NCBI GenBank assembly: GCA_964247225.1
Contig: CAXTTU010000003.1
Location: forward strand, 1-39,761
Source of the DNA: an uncultured Sphingomonas sp.
GTDB taxonomy: Bacteria > Pseudomonadota > Alphaproteobacteria > Sphingomonadales > Sphingomonadaceae
Direction of reading: 5' to 3'
DNA: 39,761 bases
Shown here piece after piece: positions 18,754 through 27,876 of the stretch. The notes under the pieces are model-generated. The model searched no databases, had not been told where the DNA came from, and was given only the letters and a program-made list of their open reading frames with translations. Within the stretch, counting starts at the first letter, position 1, and the number at the start of each line of letters is the position of its first letter. The position numbers and the translations under genes were made by a program.

Positions 18754-19647
18754 GTGTCGACGCTCAGCCCGCGCGCGGTGTTCGTTTCCCGCGAGACCGA
18801 TTACGAACTGCTGCTCGCGCGTCATGCCACGCGCGGGCAGGCGAGGTTCTTTCTCCAAACCCGCGGGCAGGACATCGAGGTGCTAGAGGATCGCCATCGC
18901 CAGCTCCATGCCACATTGCACGCCGCCCGCGCGGCGGTGCCGTCCGATTGGCGGCAGGCCGAGGTGAAGCGCGCGGACCTCGACCGCTTCGTGTTCGGGC
19001 CGGAGGACGTGATCGTCGTCGTCGGGCAGGACGGGCTCGTCGCCAACGTCGCCAAATATCTGGGCGGCCAGCCGGTGCTCGGCGTCAACCCCGCGGCCGA
19101 CCTCTATGACGGCATACTGGTGCGCGTGCCGCTCGCGCGGTTCAAGTCGCTGTTGCCGGCCAGCGTCGCGGGTTCGGCCCCGGTCGAGCGGCGCACGATG
19201 GTGGAAGCGCGGCTCGACAGCGGCGAGCGGTTGCTGGCGCTCAACGAGGTGTTCGTCGGCCACCGCAGCCACCAGTCGGCGCGCTATCGCATCACCTGCG
19301 GCGCGCGCGCCGAGGACCAGTCGTCGAGCGGGCTGATCGTCGCGTCTGGCACCGGCGCGACCGGCTGGGCACGCTCGATCAGCGAGGCGACGCACGCGTC
19401 GCTGCCGCTCGGCCCGGAGGAGCGCGCGGTCGCCTATTTCGTGCGCGAGCCGTTCCCCAGCATCGCCACCGGCACCAGCCTGCGCATGGGCAAGCTGGCG
19501 CGAGAGCGGCTGGCGGTGACGTCGCGGATGAACGATGGCGGCGTGATCTTCGCGGACGGCATCGAGCAGGACCATCTCGCATTCGATTGGGGGCGCGAGG
19601 TGACGCTCGGCCCCGCCGACCGGACGCTCCACCTCATCACCGGCTGA
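18754..19647 (+). CDS. NAD kinase-like protein (ATP-NAD kinase fold, divergent)
   Basis: VVGQDGL (canonical GGDG), [15 protein letters not shown] and [15 protein letters not shown] (canonical TPTGSTAY). GTG start. Confidence 0.78.
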   Translation: MSTLSPRAVFVSRETDYELLLARHATRGQARFFLQTRGQDIEVLEDRHRQLHATLHAARAAVPSDWRQAEVKRADLDRFVFGPEDVIVVVGQDGLVANVAKYLGGQPVLGVNPAADLYDGILVRVPLARFKSLLPASVAGSAPVERRTMVEARLDSGERLLALNEVFVGHRSHQSARYRITCGARAEDQSSSGLIVASGTGATGWARSISEATHASLPLGPEERAVAYFVREPFPSIATGTSLRMGKLARERLAVTSRMNDGGVIFADGIEQDHLAFDWGREVTLGPADRTLHLITG

Positions 19648-19657
19648 AAGGCACCAC

Positions 19658-20962
19658 ATGGCCGTCACCGACATCGCGACCCGCACCTACGATCACGGCT
19701 TTCGCCTCGATCCGATCGTGCGTAGCCTGCTCGACACCGATTTCTACAAGCTGCTGATGCTGCAGATGATCCGGCACCTCTACCCGGACGTGCAGGCGAC
19801 GTTTTCGCTCATCAACCGAACGAAGACGGTGCGGATCGCCGACACGATCGACGAGGGCGAGTTGCGCGCGCAGCTCGACCATGCTCGCACCGTGCGCTTC
19901 ACGGGCAAGGAGCTGATCTGGCTCGCGGGCAACAGCTTTGCGGGGCAGGAGCGGATCTTCGCGCCCGACTTCATTGCCTGGCTCGCCGGGTTCCGGCTGC
20001 CCGAATATGAGCTGCGGGTCGTCGATGGCCAGTTCGAGCTGCGCTTCGAGGGCCCATGGACGCACACCACGATGTGGGAGGTGCCCGCGCTCGCGATCAT
20101 CAACGAGCTGCGCGCACGCGCGGCGATGCGGGGCATGGGCCGGTTCGAGCTCGATATCCTCTACGCACGCGCCAAGGCGAAGCTGTGGGCCAAGGTCGAG
20201 CGGCTGCGCGCGCTGCCCGACCTTGTCGTCTCAGATTTCGGCACGCGGCGGCGGCACGGTTTCCTGTGGCAGCGCTGGTGCGTCGAGGCGCTGAAGGAGG
20301 GGCTCGGCAGCGCGTTCATCGGCACCTCCAACGTGCTGCTGGCGATGGAGGGCGATCTGGAGGCGATCGGCACCAACGCGCACGAGCTGCCAATGGTGCT
20401 CGCCGCGCTGGCGGACGATGACGCGGCGCTCGCCGCCGCGCCCTATCGCGTGCTGGAGGACTGGCGGCTTCACTATGCGGGCAACCTGCTGATCGTGCTG
20501 CCTGATGCGTTCGGCACCGCCGCATTCCTCCACCATGCGCCCGACTGGGTGGCGGACTGGACCGGCTTTCGCCCGGACAGCGCGCCGCCGATCGCGGGCG
20601 GGGAGGAGATCATCGCCTGGTGGCGGGCGCATGGCCGCAATCCGGGCACCAAGCTGCTGATCTTCTCCGACGGCATGGACGTCGACGCGATCGAGCGGAC
20701 CCACCGCCACTTCGCGGGGCGCGTGCGGATGAGCTTTGGCTGGGGCACCAATCTCACCAACGATTTCCGCGGCTGCGCGCCCGATGGCGGGGCCGCGCTC
20801 GACCCGATCTCGCTCGTCGCCAAGGTGACGAGCGCCAATGGCCGCCCGGCGGTCAAGCTGTCCGACAACCCCGCCAAGGCGACCGGCGACCCGGCGGAGA
20901 TCGCGCGCTATCTGAGGGTATTCGGCACGACGGGGCGGGTGGAAGCGGAGGTGTCGGTCTAG
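19658..20962 (+). CDS. pncB: Nicotinate phosphoribosyltransferase
   Basis: [50 protein letters not shown] and [11 protein letters not shown]. Confidence 0.96.
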   Translation: MAVTDIATRTYDHGFRLDPIVRSLLDTDFYKLLMLQMIRHLYPDVQATFSLINRTKTVRIADTIDEGELRAQLDHARTVRFTGKELIWLAGNSFAGQERIFAPDFIAWLAGFRLPEYELRVVDGQFELRFEGPWTHTTMWEVPALAIINELRARAAMRGMGRFELDILYARAKAKLWAKVERLRALPDLVVSDFGTRRRHGFLWQRWCVEALKEGLGSAFIGTSNVLLAMEGDLEAIGTNAHELPMVLAALADDDAALAAAPYRVLEDWRLHYAGNLLIVLPDAFGTAAFLHHAPDWVADWTGFRPDSAPPIAGGEEIIAWWRAHGRNPGTKLLIFSDGMDVDAIERTHRHFAGRVRMSFGWGTNLTNDFRGCAPDGGAALDPISLVAKVTSANGRPAVKLSDNPAKATGDPAEIARYLRVFGTTGRVEAEVSV

Positions 20963-20982
20963 GCCGCGACCTGCCCCATGCC

Positions 20983-22422
20983 TCAGATCGTGCCCGCGAG
21001 CGGGTCGACCGGAACCCGGGCGGCGTTCTCGGCCAGGGCGAACTCGCTCACGCGAAAGCTGCCGAACTGCCGACGGCATGCCGCCATCAGGATGATGCAG
21101 GCGACCCCGCCGATCAGCAGCAGCGCCGCGGGGGCGAGCGTCAGCCGCTCCAGCCGCACATGCAGGCCGAGCAGCAATCCACCGACCAGCGGCGCCGCCA
21201 GCCCGCCGACGCGGCCAGCGGCCTGCGTCCACCCCGTCCCGACCGAACGGATCGCGGTCGGGTAGAGCAAGCCCAGCAGCGCGGTCAGCCCGATCTGGAT
21301 GCCCGTCACGCAGAACCCCGCGCCCGCGATCACCAGCGCGTGAACCGCCGGAGACAAGCTGGTGAGCGTCATCCCGGCGACCAGCGGCGCGCCGACCAGG
21401 AACATCGCCACCAGCGGCACGACGCCGAGCCGGTCGATGACGAGCAGCAACAGCACGCCCGCGCCCAACCCGCCGAGCGAGAACAGCGCGGCGGTGCCGC
21501 CCGCCGTCGACGTGCTCGCGCCACCCGCCTGCAGCAGCGTCGGCAGCCAGGTGAGGGAGAAGAAGTTCGCCATCTGGTTCGCGGCCTGGCTGACCCACAG
21601 CATCGGCGTCACCAGCCCCAACGCGCCCGCGAACAACGGTCGCATCGAGCCTCGCGTGACCTTTCCCGCGCTGGGGAGCGACAGGCGGCTTCCCTCCTCC
21701 ATCCGCAGATCGGGCCGGAGCCGGCGCGCAAGCCGCAACGCCTGCGCCTCGCGCCCGCCGCGCTCGACGAGGAACTTGATGCTTTCGGGAAGCAGCGCCG
21801 CGACCGCGACGGCGACGACCAGCGGCATCAGGCTGCCGACGACCAGAATGGCCTGCCAGCCATAGGTGGGCACCAGCCGGTTCGCGACCAGCCCGGGGAT
21901 CGCGATGCCGAGCGGCACCCCCAGCGCCACGATCACCAGCACCCGCGCCCGCGCCGCGCGGGGGGTCAGCTCCGCAATCAGCGCCATGACGTTGGGGAAC
22001 ACGCCGCCGACCGCCACCCCGGTGCAGAAGCGGAGCAGCGCAAGCCCGGCCAGCCCGGTCCCGGTCGCCATCACCCCGCCGAACACCCGGATGCCGATCA
22101 GGTCGAGCAGGGCGATGGCGCACAGCCCGGCGATTATCATCGGCTTGCGCCCGTAGCGGTCGCCCAGCAGGCCGAGCAGCGGGCCACCCACCGCCATGCC
22201 GATGATCCCCGCCGAGAAGGCGGGGACGAGCGCGGTGCGCGCGAGATGGCTTTGCTTAAGCACCTCCGGCTGGAGATAGCCGGTGGTCGCGAGGTCATAG
22301 CCATCGCTCGCCATCGCCAGCGCCGCCAATACGATGAACAGGATCGAGGTGCCGCGGAGCCGCTGCCCGTCGACGACCTGATCCAGCGGCATCACCGCCG
22401 GTCCCGACATTGCACCCGCCAT
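20983..22422 (-). CDS. Aromatic acid:H+ symporter family MFS transporter (PcaK/BenK-like)
   Basis: DGYDL in TM1, GLLGDRYGRKP, ELTPRAAR, LPESIKFL and YPTAIRSVGTGW…GRVG. GGAGG RBS. Confidence 0.88.
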   Translation of the reverse strand: MAGAMSGPAVMPLDQVVDGQRLRGTSILFIVLAALAMASDGYDLATTGYLQPEVLKQSHLARTALVPAFSAGIIGMAVGGPLLGLLGDRYGRKPMIIAGLCAIALLDLIGIRVFGGVMATGTGLAGLALLRFCTGVAVGGVFPNVMALIAELTPRAARARVLVIVALGVPLGIAIPGLVANRLVPTYGWQAILVVGSLMPLVVAVAVAALLPESIKFLVERGGREAQALRLARRLRPDLRMEEGSRLSLPSAGKVTRGSMRPLFAGALGLVTPMLWVSQAANQMANFFSLTWLPTLLQAGGASTSTAGGTAALFSLGGLGAGVLLLLVIDRLGVVPLVAMFLVGAPLVAGMTLTSLSPAVHALVIAGAGFCVTGIQIGLTALLGLLYPTAIRSVGTGWTQAAGRVGGLAAPLVGGLLLGLHVRLERLTLAPAALLLIGGVACIILMAACRRQFGSFRVSEFALAENAARVPVDPLAGTI

Positions 22423-22494
22423 ACGTTCCTCCCCCGACGCCTCTGCGCCTTCAGGTTCGTCCGCGCGGCGCGGCGACCCCCTCTCCGATCTCGA

Positions 22495-24150
22495 TCAGGC
22501 CAATTGTTCTGCCCGTTGCGGAACGTCCGGTAAAGCCGCTTCCGACCAGCCGGACGCGAGCGCGAGCACGTCGCCGCTCCACCGCCGCCCGCGCCAGGCG
22601 ACATATTGGTCGGGCCGCACCAGCGTCAGTGGCAATGGATAGCGATCGGTCGCCTCCGCCGCGCTAAGCTCGACCACCGTGAGCGGTTCACCCTGCGCGG
22701 CGGCGTCCTCCACCGCGCGGCGAACGTCGTGGGCATCGGCGTCGGGCGTGGTGACCAGCGCGAAGCCCTGGCCGAACGCGTCGTACAGCGAGCCGCCGTC
22801 CGTTCGCCAAAGATGCGGCGCTAGGCACCCGGGCCGGCTGGAGGGTGTATAGACCCGCGTGTCGCCCTTCGGCGGAGCAGGTCCCTCGCCCGCGATCACC
22901 GGCGAGGCCGCGTAGCAGCCACCCAGCACCGTCCCCAACGTATGGAACTCGCGTTGCTTGGCGGCGTAGATCTGCTCGCCGACCTCCTTGCGGACGCGGT
23001 CGCCTTCCTCGCCCGGCTCTTCCAGCGCCTCCGTCCAGAAATCGTTGGACAGGATCGAATGGTTGGCCGCCGCCTCCGCGATCACCTCTTCATGGATCGC
23101 GCGCCGCTCCACCTCATAGCTGTCGAGCAGCTTCGGCCCGCCCCATCCCTGCAACGTCGCGGCAAGCTTCCAGCCGAGGTCGGCCCCGTCCGCCACCCCC
23201 ATGTTCATGCCGAAGCCGCCAAAGGGCGGGTGGAGATGACACGCGTCGCCGATCAGGAACACGCGGCGGTCGCGGTAACTGTCGGCGATGAAGCTGCTCG
23301 CGACCCACTCGTCGCTGCTCATGATCTCATAAGGCAGGTCGATCCCGGTCGCCTCGCGGATCAGGTCCGACGCGCTTTCGGGCGTGATCTTGAAGCCTTC
23401 AGGCAACCGCGTCGGCATGAAGAACCAGACATCGTCCTTGTCCATCGGCCCGATCAGGCTGGGGGACACCGGGTTGACCTGCCAGTACATCACCGATGGG
23501 TCGTGCGGGTGCGCCTGCGCCAGGCCGGGCGCGCGGAACACGATGTTATAGTTGCGCGATAGTCCATATTGTCCGTTGAGCACGGCCCCGATCAGGTCGC
23601 GCACCGCGCTGCGCGCTCCGTCCGCGCCGACCAGATAGCCGCACCGCACCACCTGCTCGGTCCCGTCCCGCGCGTCGCGCAAGGTCACCGCGACTCCCTC
23701 CGCGTCCTGCGTCGCGGAAACGAACTCGGTGTTGAAGCGGATGTCGACCGAGGGCAGCGTGTCGGCGTGTTCGCGCATCACCTGCTCGAGCGTGTATTGC
23801 GCGATCCACTGGCCGTGCTCGGGGTAGAGCTCGTTCCGTCCGGCGTTGATGTTGGAATGGTTCTCGATCCGGGTGAGGCCATAGCCGCCCAGCCGGGTGA
23901 CGAAGCTTACCGTCGCGGGATAATCGATTCCGAACGGTGCCGCCGCCGCGAGCTTGTCGGCGATGCCCCACCGGCGCAGATGCGTACGTGTGCGCACGTT
24001 GGTGGTCTTGGCGCGCGGCGCATAGCCGACCCGCTCGTTGCGCTCGACCAGCAGGCAGCTGACCCCGCGGGAGCCGAGTTCGATCGCCAGCGCCAGCCCG
24101 CTCGGGCCCGCTCCGATGATGACCACCCCGACCTCTCCCCCCATGTCCAT
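22495..24150 (-). CDS. FAD-dependent aromatic monooxygenase (FAD_binding_3 with thioredoxin-like C-terminal domain)
   Basis: IIGAGPSGL, LVGADGARSAVR, FLIGDACHLHPPFGGFGMNMG, DLGWKLA and C-terminal LVRPDQYVAWRG. Confidence 0.92.
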   Translation of the reverse strand: MDMGGEVGVVIIGAGPSGLALAIELGSRGVSCLLVERNERVGYAPRAKTTNVRTRTHLRRWGIADKLAAAAPFGIDYPATVSFVTRLGGYGLTRIENHSNINAGRNELYPEHGQWIAQYTLEQVMREHADTLPSVDIRFNTEFVSATQDAEGVAVTLRDARDGTEQVVRCGYLVGADGARSAVRDLIGAVLNGQYGLSRNYNIVFRAPGLAQAHPHDPSVMYWQVNPVSPSLIGPMDKDDVWFFMPTRLPEGFKITPESASDLIREATGIDLPYEIMSSDEWVASSFIADSYRDRRVFLIGDACHLHPPFGGFGMNMGVADGADLGWKLAATLQGWGGPKLLDSYEVERRAIHEEVIAEAAANHSILSNDFWTEALEEPGEEGDRVRKEVGEQIYAAKQREFHTLGTVLGGCYAASPVIAGEGPAPPKGDTRVYTPSSRPGCLAPHLWRTDGGSLYDAFGQGFALVTTPDADAHDVRRAVEDAAAQGEPLTVVELSAAEATDRYPLPLTLVRPDQYVAWRGRRWSGDVLALASGWSEAALPDVPQRAEQLA

Positions 24151-24248
24151 TGGACCGACTCGCTCCTCTACCGCAGATCAGTCGACCGCCAGGCCGCGGG
24201 GATGTTTTCAGACCCTTGTCTCGGGATAGCCCAAGAGGTCAGGCTTGG

Positions 24249-24288
24249 AACGATAGCAAAAGCGCGGCCCCGTTCAGGCCCCGGCATC
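24249..24288 (-). promoter_or_regulatory. Candidate LysR-activated internal promoter upstream of the monooxygenase
   Basis: AACGATAGC-N14-GTTCAGGCCCCGGCATC (contains T-N11-A); same architecture as 26234-26273. Confidence 0.55.
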
Positions 24289-24303
24289 ACCGCCGGGTGC
24301 TCC

Positions 24304-25272
24304 TCAGGCCGCGACCGGCTCCGCCTCCGCCGGTGCGGGAAAACCGGCATCGTCCAGCTCATAGTTATGGACGAAGTCGTGCGGCACTTCCGGGCCCCAG
24401 CTGGCAAGGCTGTCTTCCATGCCGTAATTGGTCGGCGTCCACAGCGAATAATCGTCGATATGGTCCATGTCCGAGAAATACTCGAACCACGAACCCCATG
24501 GGTCCTGGATGTAATGAAAGAAGTTCGACCCGATCGTATGCCGCCCGAAACCCCAATCGCCGCGCCGCGACTTGGCCAGCAGCGCGCGCCCGCCGCGCCC
24601 GACCTCGTCGGGGTCGTGGACCTGAAAGCTCGCATGGTGAAAGCCGACGCCCGGCGACTTGGCGAACGCAACCACATGGTGGTCGGAGTCCTTGCGCGCG
24701 CAGGTAAAGGCGATGATGTCCTGCGCCCGGTCGGCGAGCCCCATGCCGAGCGCGCCGGTCATGAACGCGACGCTCTCGGGGACGTCGGGGCTGAACACCA
24801 GGATATGCCCCAAGCGTAGCGGCTTGGCGGGCGGGTAAGCGCTTTGCGGCAGCATCGCCGAGCGACGTTTCCTGACCACCCGTCCGGGCGCGTTGACCTC
24901 GAACGCGCGCTCCGCCGCGATCAGCTCGGGGTCGGCGGGGCGCTCGGACAGGTGGATCAGCATCCCGTGCGGGTCCTCGATCCAGAGGCCGTTGTCCTCG
25001 AACGCCTGCGGCGCATCCACGACCTTGCCGCCATGCGCGGGAACGCTCGCGGCCATCGCGTCCAGATCGTCCGCGCGCAGCGAGATATGGTGGAGCCGCT
25101 TTCTGGGATAGCCGCCCATCAGGATGATCGATGGGCGGTCCTGCCCCTCGCAACGCAGCTGGGCGACCTCCCCCGCAACATCCGCGATCAACCCCGCATC
25201 GGTGTAGAAGCGGAGGCCGGGTTCGATGTCCGGCACCTCCAGCGTGAACGACAATGCACCCAGAACGGCCAT
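24304..25272 (-). CDS. VOC-family (glyoxalase / extradiol ring-cleavage dioxygenase-like) protein
   Basis: Two VOC domains. C-domain metal-ligand pattern LGHI…DHHVVA…HHASF…FGRHTIGSNFFHYIQDPWGSWFEY. Confidence 0.88.
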   Translation of the reverse strand: MAVLGALSFTLEVPDIEPGLRFYTDAGLIADVAGEVAQLRCEGQDRPSIILMGGYPRKRLHHISLRADDLDAMAASVPAHGGKVVDAPQAFEDNGLWIEDPHGMLIHLSERPADPELIAAERAFEVNAPGRVVRKRRSAMLPQSAYPPAKPLRLGHILVFSPDVPESVAFMTGALGMGLADRAQDIIAFTCARKDSDHHVVAFAKSPGVGFHHASFQVHDPDEVGRGGRALLAKSRRGDWGFGRHTIGSNFFHYIQDPWGSWFEYFSDMDHIDDYSLWTPTNYGMEDSLASWGPEVPHDFVHNYELDDAGFPAPAEAEPVAA

Positions 25273-25284
25273 GACTTGCCCTTT

Positions 25285-26142
25285 CTATGCGCCGGCCACG
25301 CGATTCTCAATCGCGCCGATCCGGTCGATCTCGCAGCGGACCACATCGCCCGGCTGCAGGAACACCGGTGGCTCCATACCGACCCCCACGCCCTCAGGCG
25401 TACCGGTCGCGATCAGGTCGCCGGTCTCCAGCGTGAACGCGGCCGACAGATACGCGATCTGCTTCCACAGGTCGTTGACCATCGAACCGGTGTTGCTGCT
25501 CTGGCGAAGCTCGCCGTTGACGAAACAGCGCAGGTCCAGCGTGTGCGGGTCGCCCAGCTCGTCCGCGGTGACGATCCACGGCCCGATCGGCCCGTGCGTG
25601 TCGAACGACTTGCCCATGGTGAAGGTCGGCGTGTGGAACTGCCAGTCGCGCGCGGACACGTCGTTGCCGACGCAATAGCCGAACACATGCGCAGGCGCGT
25701 CCGCCTCGCTCACCCCCTTGGCGGGCGTGCCGATCACCGCCACGAGCTCGACCTCGTAATCGAGCTTCTCCGTCACGCCGGGCTCGATCGGGTCATAGGG
25801 GCCGGAGATGCAGGTGGTCTGCTTGTTGAACCAGGTCTGAAACTTCGCCCGCGCGACGCCCAGCCGGTCCGCCTCTTCCAGATGCTTGGCGTAATTCATC
25901 CCGATTGCGAGGTACTTGCCCGGCCGCTCGACCGGGGCGAGGAGCTTGACCTCGGACAGCCGATACGACGGTTCGGTGCGATCCACCAGCGCGGCCAGCT
26001 CCCCCAGCGCTTCCGGTCCCGCACCCGCGATCTCGCGGATCGTCGACCAGCGGCTGCCCGCGGCGACCAGATCGACCACGCCGTCCGCCTTTACGGCACC
26101 GATCTTCACGCCGCTCTCAGCGTCGAACCGAACCAGCCTCAT
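25285..26142 (-). CDS. Fumarylacetoacetate hydrolase family protein
   Basis: IGMNYAKH, WFNK, DYEVEL, NDVSARDWQ, GKSFDTHGPIGP and GDLIATGTPEGVG. Confidence 0.94.
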   Translation of the reverse strand: MRLVRFDAESGVKIGAVKADGVVDLVAAGSRWSTIREIAGAGPEALGELAALVDRTEPSYRLSEVKLLAPVERPGKYLAIGMNYAKHLEEADRLGVARAKFQTWFNKQTTCISGPYDPIEPGVTEKLDYEVELVAVIGTPAKGVSEADAPAHVFGYCVGNDVSARDWQFHTPTFTMGKSFDTHGPIGPWIVTADELGDPHTLDLRCFVNGELRQSSNTGSMVNDLWKQIAYLSAAFTLETGDLIATGTPEGVGVGMEPPVFLQPGDVVRCEIDRIGAIENRVAGA

Positions 26143-26233
26143 CCTGTCTTCCGCTCCTATTCGTTCGACCGAGATGTGCCCGCGCCGCGCCGAGACCTTA
26201 CGCCCAAGCCTAGCGCGCGTCGATCGTCAAGAA

Positions 26234-26273
26234 AACGATAGCCAATCTGATCGAGCGATGCGAGACCGGCAAC
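26234..26273. promoter_or_regulatory. Candidate LysR binding region in the divergent FAH/lysR promoter
   Basis: AACGATAGC-N14-GATGCGAGACCGGCAAC, containing the dyad TGC-N7-GCA (T-N11-A) and ending 3 nt before the lysR ATG. Confidence 0.6.
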
Positions 26274-26276
26274 ACA

Positions 26277-27170
26277 ATGAAACTTTCGCAAATCCGCGAT
26301 CTGGTGGCGGTCGCCGAGTTCGGCGGTTTGCGCCGTGCCGCCCGGCAGCTCGGCGTCGCGCAGCCGGCGCTGAGCCGGAGCATCCGCGACCTCGAACTCG
26401 AACTGGGGGTGACGCTGTTCGAGCGCGGCCCCACCGGCATGACGCTGACCCCCGCCGGACAGGCGTTCGCCCGACGCGGGGCCGCGGTGCAGACCGAACT
26501 CGCGCGCGCGCGCGACGAGGTGCGCCAGCTCAGGGGCGATGGCGACGGCCAGGTCTCGATCGGGCTGTCGACCGCGGCGCACGTTGCGTTGTTGCCCCGC
26601 GCGCTGCCACCGTTCCTGCGGCGCTATCCCGACGCGCACCTTCGCATCACCGAAGGCTTGTTCCCGACGCTGGAGCCCGAGCTGCGCGACGGCGTGCTGG
26701 ATTTCTATGTCGGCCCGCTCGCCGAGGAACGGCTGGGCGGCGAGTTCCTGGTCGAAAAGCTATTCGACAATCACCGCGTGGTGCTTTGCCGGCGCAACCA
26801 CCCGTTGTCGGGGGCGACCACCCTATCGGAGCTGGTGGCCGCGAAATGGGTGGCGACGTCGGTGACCGTGAACAGCGCCGCCGAGCTCAACCCGCTGTTC
26901 GAGCGGCACGGCCTGCCCTCGCCCGTCATCGCGGTGCAGACGCAAAGCGCGCTGTCGATGATCACGGTCGCCGCCTCCACCGACCTGCTGACGATCCTTC
27001 CCCGGCAATGGCTCGCCTATCGCCAGATTACCGCATTGCTGACCCATATCGGCCTTGACGAAACGCTGGCCGCCCCCGCCATCTGCGTGGTGAACCGGGC
27101 GGGGCTGCCGCTGACCCCGATCGCGCAGCATCTGCAGGACCTGTTCCGGCGGTCGGGGCTCAACCAGTGA
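26277..27170 (+). CDS. LysR family transcriptional regulator
   Basis: N-terminal HTH GLRRAARQLGVAQPALSRSIRDLELELGVTLFER…LTPAG plus a substrate-binding domain. Divergent from the FAH gene. Confidence 0.95.
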   Translation: MKLSQIRDLVAVAEFGGLRRAARQLGVAQPALSRSIRDLELELGVTLFERGPTGMTLTPAGQAFARRGAAVQTELARARDEVRQLRGDGDGQVSIGLSTAAHVALLPRALPPFLRRYPDAHLRITEGLFPTLEPELRDGVLDFYVGPLAEERLGGEFLVEKLFDNHRVVLCRRNHPLSGATTLSELVAAKWVATSVTVNSAAELNPLFERHGLPSPVIAVQTQSALSMITVAASTDLLTILPRQWLAYRQITALLTHIGLDETLAAPAICVVNRAGLPLTPIAQHLQDLFRRSGLNQ

Positions 27171-27873
27171 CGCGGGTCATGTGCGCGATCGCCGCCAGGA
27201 GGATGCGCTCGATCGTCGCGACGTCCCGCGCGTCGCGGGCTGCGTAGATCAGCGTGTAGGTGAGCGGGAGCCCAAGCGCGACGCCCGCCAGTCCGTGCCG
27301 CTCGCCCCACCCGGCGCGGATCACTGCCAATGTATCGCTCGGCCCCAGGATCATGTGCATCGAGCCGTCGGCGGGGTGGATGTGCGCGATCTCCCCATGC
27401 GAGGCGTGTGCGTCGGCGCAGCCGCATGCGCGCGCGGTGATCGCACGATTGCGCTTCTCGAACCAGCTTTGCGCAAAGGTGAGCCGATCGGCGTCGGCGG
27501 AGACCGCCCGCTCGAACACCGCCTGCAACGCCGCGAGCGCGGCCTCTCCCGCGCGCTGATCGAGCTGGCGGTGCGGCACCGGATGCGGGGCGATGCGCGG
27601 TCGCTTGCCCAAGCGCGGCGGCAGATCAGCGAGTCGGAGGTGGTCACCCGCCTCCCCCACGCGCGCGAGCAACGGCTCCACGGCCAACGGATCGTGCATC
27701 CGCAACCGCAGCCGCGTCGTGACGAGCCATCCCCGCCAGTTCGCGGGCAGTCCGCCCGGCCCGAGCGCACGCCAGCGCCGGTAGTCACCGGCCGCCCACC
27801 ATCCCGCCGCGACCGCGCCCGCCACACCGGCCAGCCCGGCGGCTCCCACGCCCCTGCGCCAGGCATTCGTCAC
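27160..27873 (-). CDS. Fungal-luciferase (Luz)-like protein, DUF5519/luciferase domain, with N-terminal membrane anchor
   Basis: Hydrophobic N-terminus, then DYRRWRALGPGG, LADLPPRLGKRP, HRQLDQ, SWFE, EIAHIHPADGSMHMIL, GWGERHGLAG, TLIYAARD and AAIAHMT. Motifs and their order match fungal Luz as recalled from memory. Confidence 0.82.
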   Translation of the reverse strand: MTNAWRRGVGAAGLAGVAGAVAAGWWAAGDYRRWRALGPGGLPANWRGWLVTTRLRLRMHDPLAVEPLLARVGEAGDHLRLADLPPRLGKRPRIAPHPVPHRQLDQRAGEAALAALQAVFERAVSADADRLTFAQSWFEKRNRAITARACGCADAHASHGEIAHIHPADGSMHMILGPSDTLAVIRAGWGERHGLAGVALGLPLTYTLIYAARDARDVATIERILLAAIAHMTRVTG

Positions 27874-27876
27874 CGC

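Noticed and set aside
22495-27873. Autonomous bioluminescence pathway
   Set aside because: No hispidin-synthase-like PKS or PPTase is in the window, and the context (importer, ring-cleavage dioxygenase, LysR) is catabolic. Light emission cannot be claimed from sequence.
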